A stretch of 33,920 bases of DNA from an uncultured Chloroflexota bacterium (GTDB lineage: Bacteria > Chloroflexota > Limnocylindria > Limnocylindrales > CSP1-4), in the NCBI GenBank assembly GCA_903930745.1, contig CAIYZX010000181.1, forward strand, positions 1 through 33,920. Reading direction: 5' to 3'. Each line of letters begins with the position of its first letter. The stretch's first letter is position 1. Shown here one piece after another: positions 17,454-27,036 of the stretch. Below the pieces are notes generated by a model. It worked only from the letters and a program-made list of their open reading frames with translations, ran no database searches and had not been told where the DNA came from. A program made the translations under genes and the position numbers.

Positions 17454-19187
17454 CTAAAGGATCGTCACGATGCCGGCGGTGCCGTCCACGCGGAGACGGT
17501 CGCCGGTCCTGATGGTCGAAGTGGCAACCGAGGTGCCCACGACGGCAGGGATCTCGTACTCGCGCGCCAGCACGGCCGGGTGCGAGACAGTACCGCCGGC
17601 GTCGGTCACGACGGCGGAGATGTGGCCGTAGAGGACCTGCCAGGCCGGGTTGGTCATCTGGCAGACGAGGATCTCGCCCTCGAGCAGGCTGTCGAACTCC
17701 GCCTCCGACATGACGACACGCGCCACGCCCTCAACGACGCCCGGCGAGCCGGCGATGCCCCTGACCTGGCCGGCCACCTGCACCTGCGAGCGGGTGAACT
17801 TGTCGGGGAAGCCCCAGAGGTTGAGGTACGGGAAGGCGAGCTGTGTCGCGGTGACCGTGCCGACCCAGTCACGCGGCTGCACCTTTTCGGCAGCCGCACG
17901 CTTGGCCTTGGCGGCGGCGACGATCGCCCTCCCGTCCATGGAGGACGGGTTGCCGATGAAGGCGCGCAGGTCGTTGTAGCGGAACAGGATGACGTCGTCG
18001 GGCGCGTCGAGGACGCCCTGTGCCACGAGCTTCTCGCCGACGGCGATGAGCACGAGGCGCACGTGGGCATTGGCACCCTGGTCGATGTAGAAGTGGTGGT
18101 CCGGGGTGAGCGGCGCCATCTTGAGGTTGATCTCGTTGGCGGCGCGCATCTCCTCGAGCGCCTCGCCCTCGAGGCCCTCGAGGATCTCCCTCGCGGCTGC
18201 GTCGATATCGGCCGCCAGGGTCGCGATGCGTGCCGGGTAGTCGTAGTCGGACGAGAACTGGTCCCGCACGAGCTGGACGACCGGGATCATGTCCTCCCGG
18301 AAGCTCGGGAAGATGAACTCATGGCTCCAGACGGCGTGCCAGCCGAACTCCTTCTGGTACGGCACGATCCGCTCGTCGATGAAGCGTCGACCGCGTGCGC
18401 TTGCCCTGAGGGAGGGCAGGATCTCGGCCCCGGACGCGGCGGCGAAGATCGCGGCCAGCTCGGCGTCGGCCTTGACCTCCTCCTTCGCCTCCCAGAGGGC
18501 CTTGATCTTGTCCCAGTTGCGGTCGTTGGCCGAGTTCTGGAGCCGGCCGAGCAGGGCCTCATTGACCCTGCCATGCGTCTTCTCCATGACCGCCCGAAGG
18601 TTGAGCGTCGCGCTCAGCTGCGCGAAGTTCAGCATCCAGTGGATCTTCCAGTGGCGGTCGTGCATGTCGATGGCGTCCTCGAGCAGGACGGCCACCTCGG
18701 CCAGGGAGAGCTGGTCCTTCTGGTCCAGCATGCCCTCGATGTAGTCGAAGTTGCGCTGCATCTCCGGGACGAAGCGGCTTCGCCACCAGTCGGTGAACTT
18801 GAGGCCGTACACCGGCAGGACTGCGCCCAGGTACGCGCCGATCCTGCCGGCGTATGCGTTGTCCTCGGGGACGATCGGGTGGGTCGAGTAGTTGTACTCC
18901 TGGGTCGCGACATCGACGCCGGCCTCGGCCGGGATCGCCGCCGTGTACAGGTAGCCGTTGACGTTCTTGTAGATCCAGTCCGACGCGAACGGCGTGCCGA
19001 AGCGGCGGAACATGTGGTCGCACGAGAGCCACCAGCCGCCGATGTCCTCGTACATCGGTGACAGGGGCTTGGGGCAGTGCAGGTCGTCGTAGACCCAGAA
19101 GAGATCCTTCTCGGTCTCGGACGTCCACTCCACGGGGAACGACTCGTCCCCGAGGAACTGGTCCAGGACTTCTTCCTTCAGCGGCAC
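17454..19187 (-). CDS. PEP-utilising-enzyme family protein: acceptor-binding domain + C-terminal swivelling phospho-His domain, no ATP-grasp (phenylphosphate synthase alpha/RPH-like)
   Basis: GTG start after GAGGAGG. C-terminal GIAGSPGVVEG...ILVCQMTNPAW...VVTDAGGTVSHPAVLAREYEIPAVVG...VDGTAG. Confidence 0.88.
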   Translation of the reverse strand: MPLKEEVLDQFLGDESFPVEWTSETEKDLFWVYDDLHCPKPLSPMYEDIGGWWLSCDHMFRRFGTPFASDWIYKNVNGYLYTAAIPAEAGVDVATQEYNYSTHPIVPEDNAYAGRIGAYLGAVLPVYGLKFTDWWRSRFVPEMQRNFDYIEGMLDQKDQLSLAEVAVLLEDAIDMHDRHWKIHWMLNFAQLSATLNLRAVMEKTHGRVNEALLGRLQNSANDRNWDKIKALWEAKEEVKADAELAAIFAAASGAEILPSLRASARGRRFIDERIVPYQKEFGWHAVWSHEFIFPSFREDMIPVVQLVRDQFSSDYDYPARIATLAADIDAAAREILEGLEGEALEEMRAANEINLKMAPLTPDHHFYIDQGANAHVRLVLIAVGEKLVAQGVLDAPDDVILFRYNDLRAFIGNPSSMDGRAIVAAAKAKRAAAEKVQPRDWVGTVTATQLAFPYLNLWGFPDKFTRSQVQVAGQVRGIAGSPGVVEGVARVVMSEAEFDSLLEGEILVCQMTNPAWQVLYGHISAVVTDAGGTVSHPAVLAREYEIPAVVGTSVATSTIRTGDRLRVDGTAGIVTIL

Positions 19188-19244
19188 AGTTCAGTTCCTC
19201 CTCGGACCGGCCGCGTTGCCGGTCCCTGCGTGCGTGACGGTGGC

Positions 19245-20072
19245 CTACGAGGCCTTCGAGATCCTCTTGAACCTCTTCATGTTCTCGGTGATGGCGATCT
19301 CGGTGGGGAGTCGCTCCATCGAGGAGGCACCGAAGAACCCGGCGACGCCGGTGGTGTGGGTGAGCACGTACTCGGCATCCTCGGGCTCGGCGATCGGACC
19401 GCCATGGCAGAGCACGATGATGTCCGGCTTCACGGCAACGGCAGCGTCGCGGATCGCCTGGACACGCTCGGCCGAGGCCTCGATCGTGAGAGCCGTGGTG
19501 GCGCCGATGGCACCCTTGGTGGTGAGGCCCATGTGCGCGACGATCACGTCGGCGCCAGCGGCGGCCATTGCCGCCGCCTGGTCGGTGTCGAAGACGTACG
19601 GCGTGGTGAGCAGACCGGCGTCGTGCGCCTGGCCGATCATCTCGACCTCGAGGCCGAACCCCATGCCGGTCTCCTCGAGGTTCTGCCGGAACTGTCCGTC
19701 GCACAGGCCAACCGTCGGGAAGTTCTGGACGCCGGAGAACCCGACCCGCTTGATCTCCTCGAGGAACACCGGCATCAGCCGGAAGGGGTCCGTGCCACAG
19801 ACACCGGCGAGGACCGGTGTCTCGCGGACGACCGGCAGCACCTCGGCGGCCATCTCCATGACGATCGCGTTGGCATCGCCGTAGGGCATGCAGCCCGCCA
19901 GCGAGCCGCGTCCGGCCATCCGGTAGCGCCCCGAGTTGTAGATGATGATGAGGTCGGCGCCGCCTGCCTCGGCGCACTTCGCGGAGAGACCTGTGCCCGC
20001 GCCGGCGCCCATGATCACGCCGCCCTGGGCCACCGTTGTGCGCAGCCGTGCAAGCGCCTGCTGCCCGTTCAT
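19245..20072 (-). CDS. Phosphoenolpyruvate-hydrolase-like TIM-barrel protein (Tm-1 C-terminal domain family)
   Basis: [64 protein letters not shown] and [12 protein letters not shown]. Confidence 0.93.
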   Translation of the reverse strand: MNGQQALARLRTTVAQGGVIMGAGAGTGLSAKCAEAGGADLIIIYNSGRYRMAGRGSLAGCMPYGDANAIVMEMAAEVLPVVRETPVLAGVCGTDPFRLMPVFLEEIKRVGFSGVQNFPTVGLCDGQFRQNLEETGMGFGLEVEMIGQAHDAGLLTTPYVFDTDQAAAMAAAGADVIVAHMGLTTKGAIGATTALTIEASAERVQAIRDAAVAVKPDIIVLCHGGPIAEPEDAEYVLTHTTGVAGFFGASSMERLPTEIAITENMKRFKRISKAS

Positions 20073-20091
20073 GCCAAGGACCTCCTTGTCC

Positions 20092-21321
20092 CTATGCCTG
20101 CTTCGCGGCCCACGCGCGGTAGTGCGCGTCGAGCTTGTCGGCCATGGCCGTCGCGAAGGCGGGATCGTTGATGTCGGCGGCCATCTCGACCACCTCGACG
20201 TCGGGCCGGAGACCGGCCTTCAGCTCCCGGATCAGGGCCGCATCCGCGGCCGCATCGTGGAAGGGGCCACCCGGGGTCGCGATCATGGAGACGCCGCCGA
20301 GAGGGATGAAGACCGTGAGGGGTCCCTTGGCCAGGTTGAGCTTGCGGGCGATGATCCGCCCGAGTTCGGCACACTCCTCCTCGGTGGTCCGCATCAACGT
20401 CACCGTGGCGTTGTGCACGTAGAGGTTGCGATCGTTGAACTGGGCCGGAACGGTCTCCCGCGGGCCGAAGTTGCACATGTCGAGCGCGCCGAGCGAGACG
20501 ACCTGCGGGATCCCCAGGGAGCCGGCCATCTCGAGCCGGTCGGGGCCTGCGGAGAGGACGCCGCCCACGAGCTCGTCCACGAGCTCCGTGGTGGTCGCGT
20601 CGAGGGCGCCCGTGATGAAGCCCGCCTTCATGAGGGCCTCCATCGACTGGCCGCCGGCACCGGTGGCGTGGAAGACGAGAACCTCGTAGCCGAGCGCCTC
20701 GAGCCGCTCGCGAGCTGTTGTGACGCAGGGGGTTGTGACGCCGAACATCGTGGCCCCGATGAGTGGCTTCCTCGCGATCCGGGACACGAAGCCGTCGGTG
20801 GCCTTCGCCATGCCCGCGATGGCGGCTGCGGCGTTGGTCAGGATCTTCTCCGACAGGCCGTTGATGCCGGCGATGTCCACCACCGAGTACATCATCGCGA
20901 TGTCGGAAGTCCCCACGTATGGGCGGGTGTCACCCGAGGCCATCGTGGAGACGATCAGCTTGGGCACGCCCACCGGCAGTGCCTGCATGGCCGCGGCAGC
21001 GATCGACGATCCGCCAGAGCCGCCGATGCCGAGTACTCCGTGGAGCCTCCCCTCGGCATACAGGCGCCTGGTCACCTCGACCGCGCCGCGCGTCATCGCG
21101 GCGACCGCGGGGCCGCGGTCGTGCGCTGCCACCAGGGCCGCACGGTCCACGCCCGCCGCTGCAGCAACCTCGTCGGCCGTCACGTCGGCAGCCGGCGAGT
21201 CGCTCATCACGCCCGCATCGACCACGACGACGTCGCAACCGCCTTCACGGACACGCTCGCGCAGGAACTCGTACTCGGGTCCCTTGGTGTCCAAGGTGCC
21301 GAGGAGCACGACGCTCGCCAT
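20092..21321 (-). CDS. Tm-1-like ATP-binding domain protein (UPF0261)
   Basis: [58 protein letters not shown] and [10 protein letters not shown]. Confidence 0.94.
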   Translation of the reverse strand: MASVVLLGTLDTKGPEYEFLRERVREGGCDVVVVDAGVMSDSPAADVTADEVAAAAGVDRAALVAAHDRGPAVAAMTRGAVEVTRRLYAEGRLHGVLGIGGSGGSSIAAAAMQALPVGVPKLIVSTMASGDTRPYVGTSDIAMMYSVVDIAGINGLSEKILTNAAAAIAGMAKATDGFVSRIARKPLIGATMFGVTTPCVTTARERLEALGYEVLVFHATGAGGQSMEALMKAGFITGALDATTTELVDELVGGVLSAGPDRLEMAGSLGIPQVVSLGALDMCNFGPRETVPAQFNDRNLYVHNATVTLMRTTEEECAELGRIIARKLNLAKGPLTVFIPLGGVSMIATPGGPFHDAAADAALIRELKAGLRPDVEVVEMAADINDPAFATAMADKLDAHYRAWAAKQA

Positions 21322-21333
21322 GTGAAATGCCTC

Positions 21334-22134
21334 CTAGGGGTTCGCCGCAGGTGCGGCAGGAGTCTCGGTGTGCCCGATGTGGGTGCTCACGCCCAGGTAG
21401 CGTCGCTGGGCCACCTCGTCGTCGGCGAGGTCGTCAGACGTCGTCTCAAGCGCAATCCTGCCCGTGACCATGATCGCGATGCGCTCCGAGACGGCCGTGG
21501 CCACGCCAAGGTTCTGCTCAACAAGGAGCAGAGCCACTCCCTCGCGAGCGAGGTTGTGGAGCGTCTCCACCATGTGCTCGACGACGATCGGGGCAAGCCC
21601 CTCGGAGGGCTCGTCCATGATCAGGAGGCGTGGATTGAGGAGCAGTGCCCTGGCGATCGCGAGCATCTGCTGCTCGCCACCGGAGAGCTGGGTCCCGCCA
21701 TTGCGACGGCGGGCCTGCAGTGAGGGGAAGAGGTCGTAGACCTTCTTGATGGTCCAGCCATCGCTGCCCCCGCCGGACACCATCCGGAGGTGCTCGTCGA
21801 CCGACAGCGACGCGAAGACGCGCCGGCCCTGGGGGACGTAGCCGATCCCGGTGCGGGCGATCTCGTGCGGCTTGAGGCCGATCAGCTCCTGGCCATGGAG
21901 CCGGATCGAGCCGCCGAACGCGGGCACGAGGCCCATGATCGCGTTGCACAGGGTGGACTTGCCCATCCCATTTCGCCCGATCAGCGACAGCGGCCGCCGG
22001 TTCACCACGAGATCCACGCCCTGGAGGACGTGGCTCTGGCCGTATCGGACATCCAGGCCGGAGACCTGGAGCACGGGCACGGCCCCTGTCTCGGCCGGCA
22101 CATCCGGCTGGGGCGCGACAGCCTGCTCAGCCAT
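21334..22134 (-). CDS. HAAT/LIV-type ABC transporter ATP-binding subunit (LivF-like)
   Basis: ATG at 22134. Walker A GRNGMGKST, signature LSGGEQQM, LLIMDEPSEGLAP and LVEQN. Confidence 0.94.
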   Translation of the reverse strand: MAEQAVAPQPDVPAETGAVPVLQVSGLDVRYGQSHVLQGVDLVVNRRPLSLIGRNGMGKSTLCNAIMGLVPAFGGSIRLHGQELIGLKPHEIARTGIGYVPQGRRVFASLSVDEHLRMVSGGGSDGWTIKKVYDLFPSLQARRRNGGTQLSGGEQQMLAIARALLLNPRLLIMDEPSEGLAPIVVEHMVETLHNLAREGVALLLVEQNLGVATAVSERIAIMVTGRIALETTSDDLADDEVAQRRYLGVSTHIGHTETPAAPAANP

Positions 22135-22912
22135 TGCGGGCTCCCACTGCATGCCCAAGGTAGATGTCCTGGACCTGGCGGTTGTCCTGGATCTCGTCGG
22201 GGTTGCCCTCGACGAGCGGTGTGCCCTCGGCCATGACGGTCACCCGGTCCGCCACGGCGAGCGCGACGTCCATGTCGTGCTCAACGATGACGACGGTGAT
22301 GTCCCTCGGGAGCCCCTGGATCAACGAGGTGAGGTTGATGCGCTCAGCACGCGACAGGCCTGCGGCCGGCTCATCGAGCATCAACAGGCGTGGGTTGCCC
22401 GCGAGGGCCATTCCCACCTCCAGCTGGCGCTGCTGCCCATGCGAGAGTGCGCCCACCGGCGCCGCGAGGGCGTCGGCCAGCCCCACGATCGCTGCGATCT
22501 CCGCCGCCCGGACCCGTGACGGATCATCCGCCTTGGGTCTCGTGGGCCAGAAGCGTCGGCCCTGGACCCCCCGGATCGCCAGGAACAGGCTCTGCGCCAC
22601 GGTCAGACCCATGAACAGCTGCGATGTCTGGTACGTCCGGCAGACGCCGAGCCTGGTGCGCACGTACGGCGGCAGGTTCGTGACATCCGTGCCGAACAGC
22701 TCGACGCTGCCGGAGGTGGGCGGGAAATCGCCGGCGACCACGTTGAACAGGGTCGTCTTCCCGGCCCCGTTGGGACCAAGGATCGCTCGACGCTCGCCCG
22801 CGGCCACCTCCATGCTCGTGTCGTGCAGCGCCTGGAGGGCGCCGAAGCGCCGCCCCACACCCTGCAGACGCAGGGCGGGGGCAGACGCTTCGGCTGCCAT
22901 CCGATCGGTCAC
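22127..22912 (-). CDS. HAAT/LIV-type ABC transporter ATP-binding subunit (LivG-like)
   Basis: GPNGAGKTT, LSHGQQRQLE, LLMLDEPAAG, VEHDMD and C-terminal VQDIYLG. Confidence 0.94.
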   Translation of the reverse strand: MTDRMAAEASAPALRLQGVGRRFGALQALHDTSMEVAAGERRAILGPNGAGKTTLFNVVAGDFPPTSGSVELFGTDVTNLPPYVRTRLGVCRTYQTSQLFMGLTVAQSLFLAIRGVQGRRFWPTRPKADDPSRVRAAEIAAIVGLADALAAPVGALSHGQQRQLEVGMALAGNPRLLMLDEPAAGLSRAERINLTSLIQGLPRDITVVIVEHDMDVALAVADRVTVMAEGTPLVEGNPDEIQDNRQVQDIYLGHAVGARNG

Positions 22913-24195
22913 GGGCAGCTCGGGAAGTCGCGGCTCACCGGCTGGGCGAGATACGGGCTCGTCGCACCGAGGCCAAGCGTCTGGTCGACGCCGTCGGCCT
23001 TGGAGATGACGTTGTTCTGCAGGGTGCCGTCGGCAGCCTTCTGCACTTCGGTGACGTAGTTGGAGCTGATCGCCTGGCGGTTGCCGTCAAGGCTGACGTG
23101 TCCCGTCGGGCCATCGAACTCGACCTTGGCAAGGGCCGCCATGAAGGCTGCCTGCTTGTTGGAGAGGTCGCCCTTGACGGCCTGGAGGGCCTTGAGGACG
23201 CCGACCGTCTCGTTGTAGTAGCTGAGGGCAAAGAGTCCCGGGAACGGCAGTCCGTCCTTGAACTCCTTGTGGTACTCGGCCACGTAGTCGAGCCATGCCT
23301 TGTCGGTCGCGGTGTCGGCAGTCGGGCCGGCTGCGATCGTGCCGGCGAGGATGTCCTGGAAGGCACCCTTGGTCGCGAGCACCGACTGGTCCACCGTGAT
23401 GGAGCCGCCGATGAACTTGGCCTTGCCGCCAGCCTGGTTGTACTGGGTGAAGAAGTTGACCGCGTCCGAGCCGCCGAGCGCGACGTAGATCGCGTCGATG
23501 CCGGATGTCGGCAGGTTGGACACGACGGACGAGTAGTCCTTGGTGCCGAGCGGGACCCAGTTCTTCTGGACAACATGGCCACCGGCCGCGCAGAACTCGT
23601 ACATGAAGCCGCCAACCTGCGTGTACGGGAACGAGTAGTCCTCGGCCACGAGGGCGACGCTCTTGTAGCCCTTCTTCTCAAACGCGTACTTGCCGAGGCC
23701 GGCCATCCACTGGGCACCGTCGGTCGAGAAGCGGAAGAAGTTGGGGGCGGCATCGCGGAACGTCGTGTCCTGGGCCGCGGACGACCCGTTGACGAACGTC
23801 TTGTCCGGCACGGTCTTGGCGTAATCCTTGATCGCGAGACCCTCGTCACCGGAGAGAGGGCCGATCAGGATGTCGACGTTGTCCTGCTCGATGAGCTTCT
23901 TCGCCTTCTCGAGGGCAACGGCCGGCGTGGCGTCGGAGCCCTCCTTGAGCAGCTGGACCTGGAAGCCCTCGAACTGCCAGTTGCCGTTGTCGAGCTTCTT
24001 GCCGAGAGTGTTGAGCGCCTGCTCGACACCACGGAAGCCATCCTGACCGGGCACCGCGAACGGGCCCTCGAGGGTGGCGAGTCCGCCGATCTTGATGACC
24101 TTGTCACCGCCGCTCGAACCACCGCACCCGGCGGCGGCGATCGATGCAACGAACATCAGGGCGACGAGCCCGCGGCCCGTCCTCGTTCCGAACAT
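22909..24195 (-). CDS. HAAT/LIV-type ABC transporter substrate-binding lipoprotein
   Basis: ATG at 24195 after GAGGAGG. Signal peptide with lipobox AAAGC, then VIKIGGL...GPLSG...PNFFRFS...DYSF (periplasmic binding protein type I). Confidence 0.92.
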   Translation of the reverse strand: MFGTRTGRGLVALMFVASIAAAGCGGSSGGDKVIKIGGLATLEGPFAVPGQDGFRGVEQALNTLGKKLDNGNWQFEGFQVQLLKEGSDATPAVALEKAKKLIEQDNVDILIGPLSGDEGLAIKDYAKTVPDKTFVNGSSAAQDTTFRDAAPNFFRFSTDGAQWMAGLGKYAFEKKGYKSVALVAEDYSFPYTQVGGFMYEFCAAGGHVVQKNWVPLGTKDYSSVVSNLPTSGIDAIYVALGGSDAVNFFTQYNQAGGKAKFIGGSITVDQSVLATKGAFQDILAGTIAAGPTADTATDKAWLDYVAEYHKEFKDGLPFPGLFALSYYNETVGVLKALQAVKGDLSNKQAAFMAALAKVEFDGPTGHVSLDGNRQAISSNYVTEVQKAADGTLQNNVISKADGVDQTLGLGATSPYLAQPVSRDFPSCP

Positions 24196-24285
24196 CAGTC
24201 CTCCTCTCAGCGATGGCCGCACAAGGTAGTGCGGGTCCACGCGACCTCCGTACCGGTATGTCCTGGTGGTGCCTCCTCCTGTTGA

Positions 24286-25407
24286 CTACCCTCCCGATGG
24301 GACATCGTCGCCCGCAGGCACGCCCGGAGCTCCAGGTGCTGTCACGGTGGATGCCGACGCGATGCCTGCCTCGGCCGCAAGTGGGTCCACGGCGCGGCGC
24401 CGTCCCCCGCCGCGATGGGTGAGCGCCACGAATGCACGATCGGCGAGGCCCACGATCCCGTTGGGCGCCACGAGCACGATCAGCAGGAAGCCAAGTCCGA
24501 TGAGCGTGTTGAACCGCTCGTCGAACGAGAAGCCGGCGATCGTGATGCTGCTCGCGAAGACCTTGATCAGCGTGTAGATGACGGCGCCCACGAACGCACC
24601 GATCGGATAGCCCAGGCCACCGAGGACGGCGACGATCAGGACTTCGATCGTGCGGCTGAGATCAACGATCCCGGGCGAGATGTTGCCGCGGTACCACGCG
24701 CCCAGGACCCCCGAGATGCCCGCCACGAAACCGCCGATGGCAAACAGGGCGACGCGATGGCCGCCAACGCGGTACCCCAGGGCGGCCATGCGGCGCGGAT
24801 TGTCCCGCACACCCTGGAACGTCAAGCCCAGCTGTGACCTCACCAGGTAGCGCAATCCGAGGTAGACCGCGGATGCCGTTCCGAGGCAGAGGTAGTAGAA
24901 GACGGGCGGATCCTGCCGTGGGAGGCCCGTGGGGCCCTCGATGCCGGCGAAGCCGATGTGGCCGCCGAAGACGTCGTAGTTCTGGAGGACGATGTAGTAG
25001 AAGCCCACGGACAGCGCGAGCGTGAGCATCAGGAAGTAGATGCCGTACGAGCGCGACGAGATGGCCCCGAACAGGGCGCCGAGCGCCGTGGCCAGTGCGA
25101 TGGCGATGAGTGCGGACGGGATCGCGGGCAGGCCCGCCCCGAGCGTCGATCCGGTGGCGTTCGTGCTGGGCTCGAGGCTCAGGAGCGCAACCATGTAGGC
25201 CGCGAAACCGGCAAGGGCGGCCTGGGCCAGCGAGGTCATCCCGCCATAGCCCGCCATGAAGACGAGGCTCAGAGCGGCGATGCCCAGGATCATCGCGTTG
25301 GCGCCGATGGACAGCACCCAGAACCGGGGCATCACCTGCGGGTAGATGACCAGGACCACGAGGACCGCCAGCGTCGCGATGCCCTGGCGGCTGCGCACCC
25401 AGGTCAT
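24286..25407 (-). CDS. HAAT/LIV-type ABC transporter permease (LivM-like)
   Basis: GYGGMTSLAQAA, GIYFLMLTLA, VRDNPRRMAALG and VLGGLG; hydrophobic. Confidence 0.93.
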   Translation of the reverse strand: MTWVRSRQGIATLAVLVVLVIYPQVMPRFWVLSIGANAMILGIAALSLVFMAGYGGMTSLAQAALAGFAAYMVALLSLEPSTNATGSTLGAGLPAIPSALIAIALATALGALFGAISSRSYGIYFLMLTLALSVGFYYIVLQNYDVFGGHIGFAGIEGPTGLPRQDPPVFYYLCLGTASAVYLGLRYLVRSQLGLTFQGVRDNPRRMAALGYRVGGHRVALFAIGGFVAGISGVLGAWYRGNISPGIVDLSRTIEVLIVAVLGGLGYPIGAFVGAVIYTLIKVFASSITIAGFSFDERFNTLIGLGFLLIVLVAPNGIVGLADRAFVALTHRGGGRRRAVDPLAAEAGIASASTVTAPGAPGVPAGDDVPSGG

Positions 25408-26282
25408 GCCGGTCGCCCCAGCAGTCCCTGCGGACGGATCGCAAGGACGCCGGCCATGATCACGAACGTGATGAAGATCGAGTAGGTCGGGGCGTAGAAG
25501 AGGCCGATCTGCTCGGACAGGCCGATGATCAGCGCCCCGATGACCGCGCCTCCGAGGCTGCCCATGCCACCGACGATGACCACCACCAGTGAGCTGAGCA
25601 GGTATCGGCCGTCCTCGCTCGGCGAGATCGACAGGGCCGTTGCCCCCACGACCCCTGACAGTCCGGCAAGTCCCGCTCCCAGCCCGAAGACGAAGAGGAA
25701 CACCCGGGAGACGTTCACTCCGAGGGCCGAGAGCATGTCCCGGTCATCGATCCCCGCCCGGATGTACCAGCCGATCCGGGTCCGGTTCAGGACCAGCCAC
25801 AGGGCGCCATAGACGGCTGCCGCCAGGGCGATGATGAACAGCCGGTAGGCGGAGTACGTGCCGTTGACGACAAACGGGATTGCGACCGAACCCGCGGCAA
25901 AGGGCGGTGGCTCGATCTGGTAGGTCAGACCTCCGTACTTGGCGAGCAGCAGGTCCGCGATGATGATCGAGAGCCCGATCGTGACGAGCGCCTGGCGCAG
26001 ATCCTGCCCTGCCATCCGCGAGAGCAGTCCAAGGTGGATGACGATGCCGACCACGGCCACCGCAGCGAAGCCGATCACGAGCGCTGCGAACCAGTTGCCG
26101 GTCGCCTCGTAGGCGCTGACTCCAACATAGGCACCGAGCATGTACAGCGAGCCGTGCGCCATGTTCGTGGTGCGCATCAGGCCGAAGATCAGCGTGAACC
26201 CGCTTGCGACGATGAAGTACAGGGCGGCAAGCGTGACACCGTTGACCAGGACCGTCAGGAAGTCGACGAGCGCCTTCGGCAA
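25404..26282 (-). CDS. HAAT/LIV-type ABC transporter permease (LivH-like)
   Basis: TTG start after GGAG. Motifs ASGFTLIFGLMRTTNMAHG, IVGGMGSLGGA and IRPQGLLG. Confidence 0.93.
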   Translation of the reverse strand: MPKALVDFLTVLVNGVTLAALYFIVASGFTLIFGLMRTTNMAHGSLYMLGAYVGVSAYEATGNWFAALVIGFAAVAVVGIVIHLGLLSRMAGQDLRQALVTIGLSIIIADLLLAKYGGLTYQIEPPPFAAGSVAIPFVVNGTYSAYRLFIIALAAAVYGALWLVLNRTRIGWYIRAGIDDRDMLSALGVNVSRVFLFVFGLGAGLAGLSGVVGATALSISPSEDGRYLLSSLVVVIVGGMGSLGGAVIGALIIGLSEQIGLFYAPTYSIFITFVIMAGVLAIRPQGLLGRPA

Positions 26283-26377
26283 AGGAGCACTCCCAGGTTT
26301 GGGGATCGCGATCTGGCTTGGGTCTCGGATCGGCTGGACAGCGATCCGATGGAATGCAACTGGTTCCTATCTGACCT

Positions 26378-26424
26378 TCGATAATCGATTAGCGATAGTA
26401 GGAACCCTTTGGCACGTCCGTCAA
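26378..26424 (-). promoter_or_regulatory. Sigma70-like promoter (TTGACG-18-TACTAT) with downstream TCGATnATCGA operator, for the 15-gene minus-strand operon
   Basis: -35 at 26424-26419, -10 at 26400-26395, palindrome at 26378-26388 and a degenerate copy at 26385-26395. Confidence 0.8.
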
Positions 26425-26487
26425 GCCCGAATCTGCACTTCAGCGGTAGCAGATACCGTCATGCGCAATCGCCGTGCGGGCCGGTCA

Positions 26488-26498
26488 TCGATGATCGA
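26488..26498. promoter_or_regulatory. Operator-like palindrome TCGATGATCGA upstream of the cupin-LLM unit
   Basis: Matches the motif at 5977, 26378 and 28453. Confidence 0.7.
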
Positions 26499-26543
26499 GT
26501 ATTGCGTCCTGCCACCCGGCACGGCCAAGCTCGAGGAGCGCTC

Positions 26544-26969
26544 ATGACTGGCGACCTGCGGTTCATCACCCCCGACGACATCGAGACCCAGGTCTTCGAC
26601 TGGGGGGCGATCAAGTGGATGAGCGAGATCCGGACAACCGGCTGCGACCGCTTCACCACGGGCGTCGTCATCCTCGAACCCGGCAAGGGCCACGCCCGAC
26701 ACAACCACCCCGGCTCCGACGAGGTCCTGTACTTCATCTCCGGCGAAGGCGACCAGATGGTCGAAGACGCAGATGGCAATCCCGTCGTCCGGCATCTCAA
26801 GGCCGGCGACATGGCCTTCATCCCGGACAGCACCTACCACTCCACGGTCAACACGACCTGGGAGCCGCTTCGCATCCTGGCGATCTACACGCCGGGCGGC
26901 CCGGAGGCCGTCCTGCGGGGCCTTCCCGACTGCCTGGTCGTCCCTCCCGGCAAGATCCACACCAAGTAG
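26544..26969 (+). CDS. Cupin domain protein
   Basis: ATG at 26544 after GAGGAG. Metal-binding cupin motifs GHARHNHPGSDEVLYFISGEG and GDMAFIPDSTYHSTVN. Confidence 0.92.
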   Translation: MTGDLRFITPDDIETQVFDWGAIKWMSEIRTTGCDRFTTGVVILEPGKGHARHNHPGSDEVLYFISGEGDQMVEDADGNPVVRHLKAGDMAFIPDSTYHSTVNTTWEPLRILAIYTPGGPEAVLRGLPDCLVVPPGKIHTK

Positions 26970-27036
26970 CCCCTCGTTCGAAGACGCCCTGGCCCAGGCT
27001 CACCGCCCGGGTCGGGGCACCTCCGGGAGCACTGCC

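Noticed and set aside
17454-19187. Rifampin phosphotransferase resistance gene
   Set aside because: Lacks the N-terminal ATP-grasp domain of RPH and lies in the middle of a catabolic operon.
19245-21321. Anti-phage defence role for the Tm-1 homologs
   Set aside because: The context is entirely metabolic (transporter, dehydrogenases, GntR regulon) with no defence genes nearby; not excluded, but unsupported.
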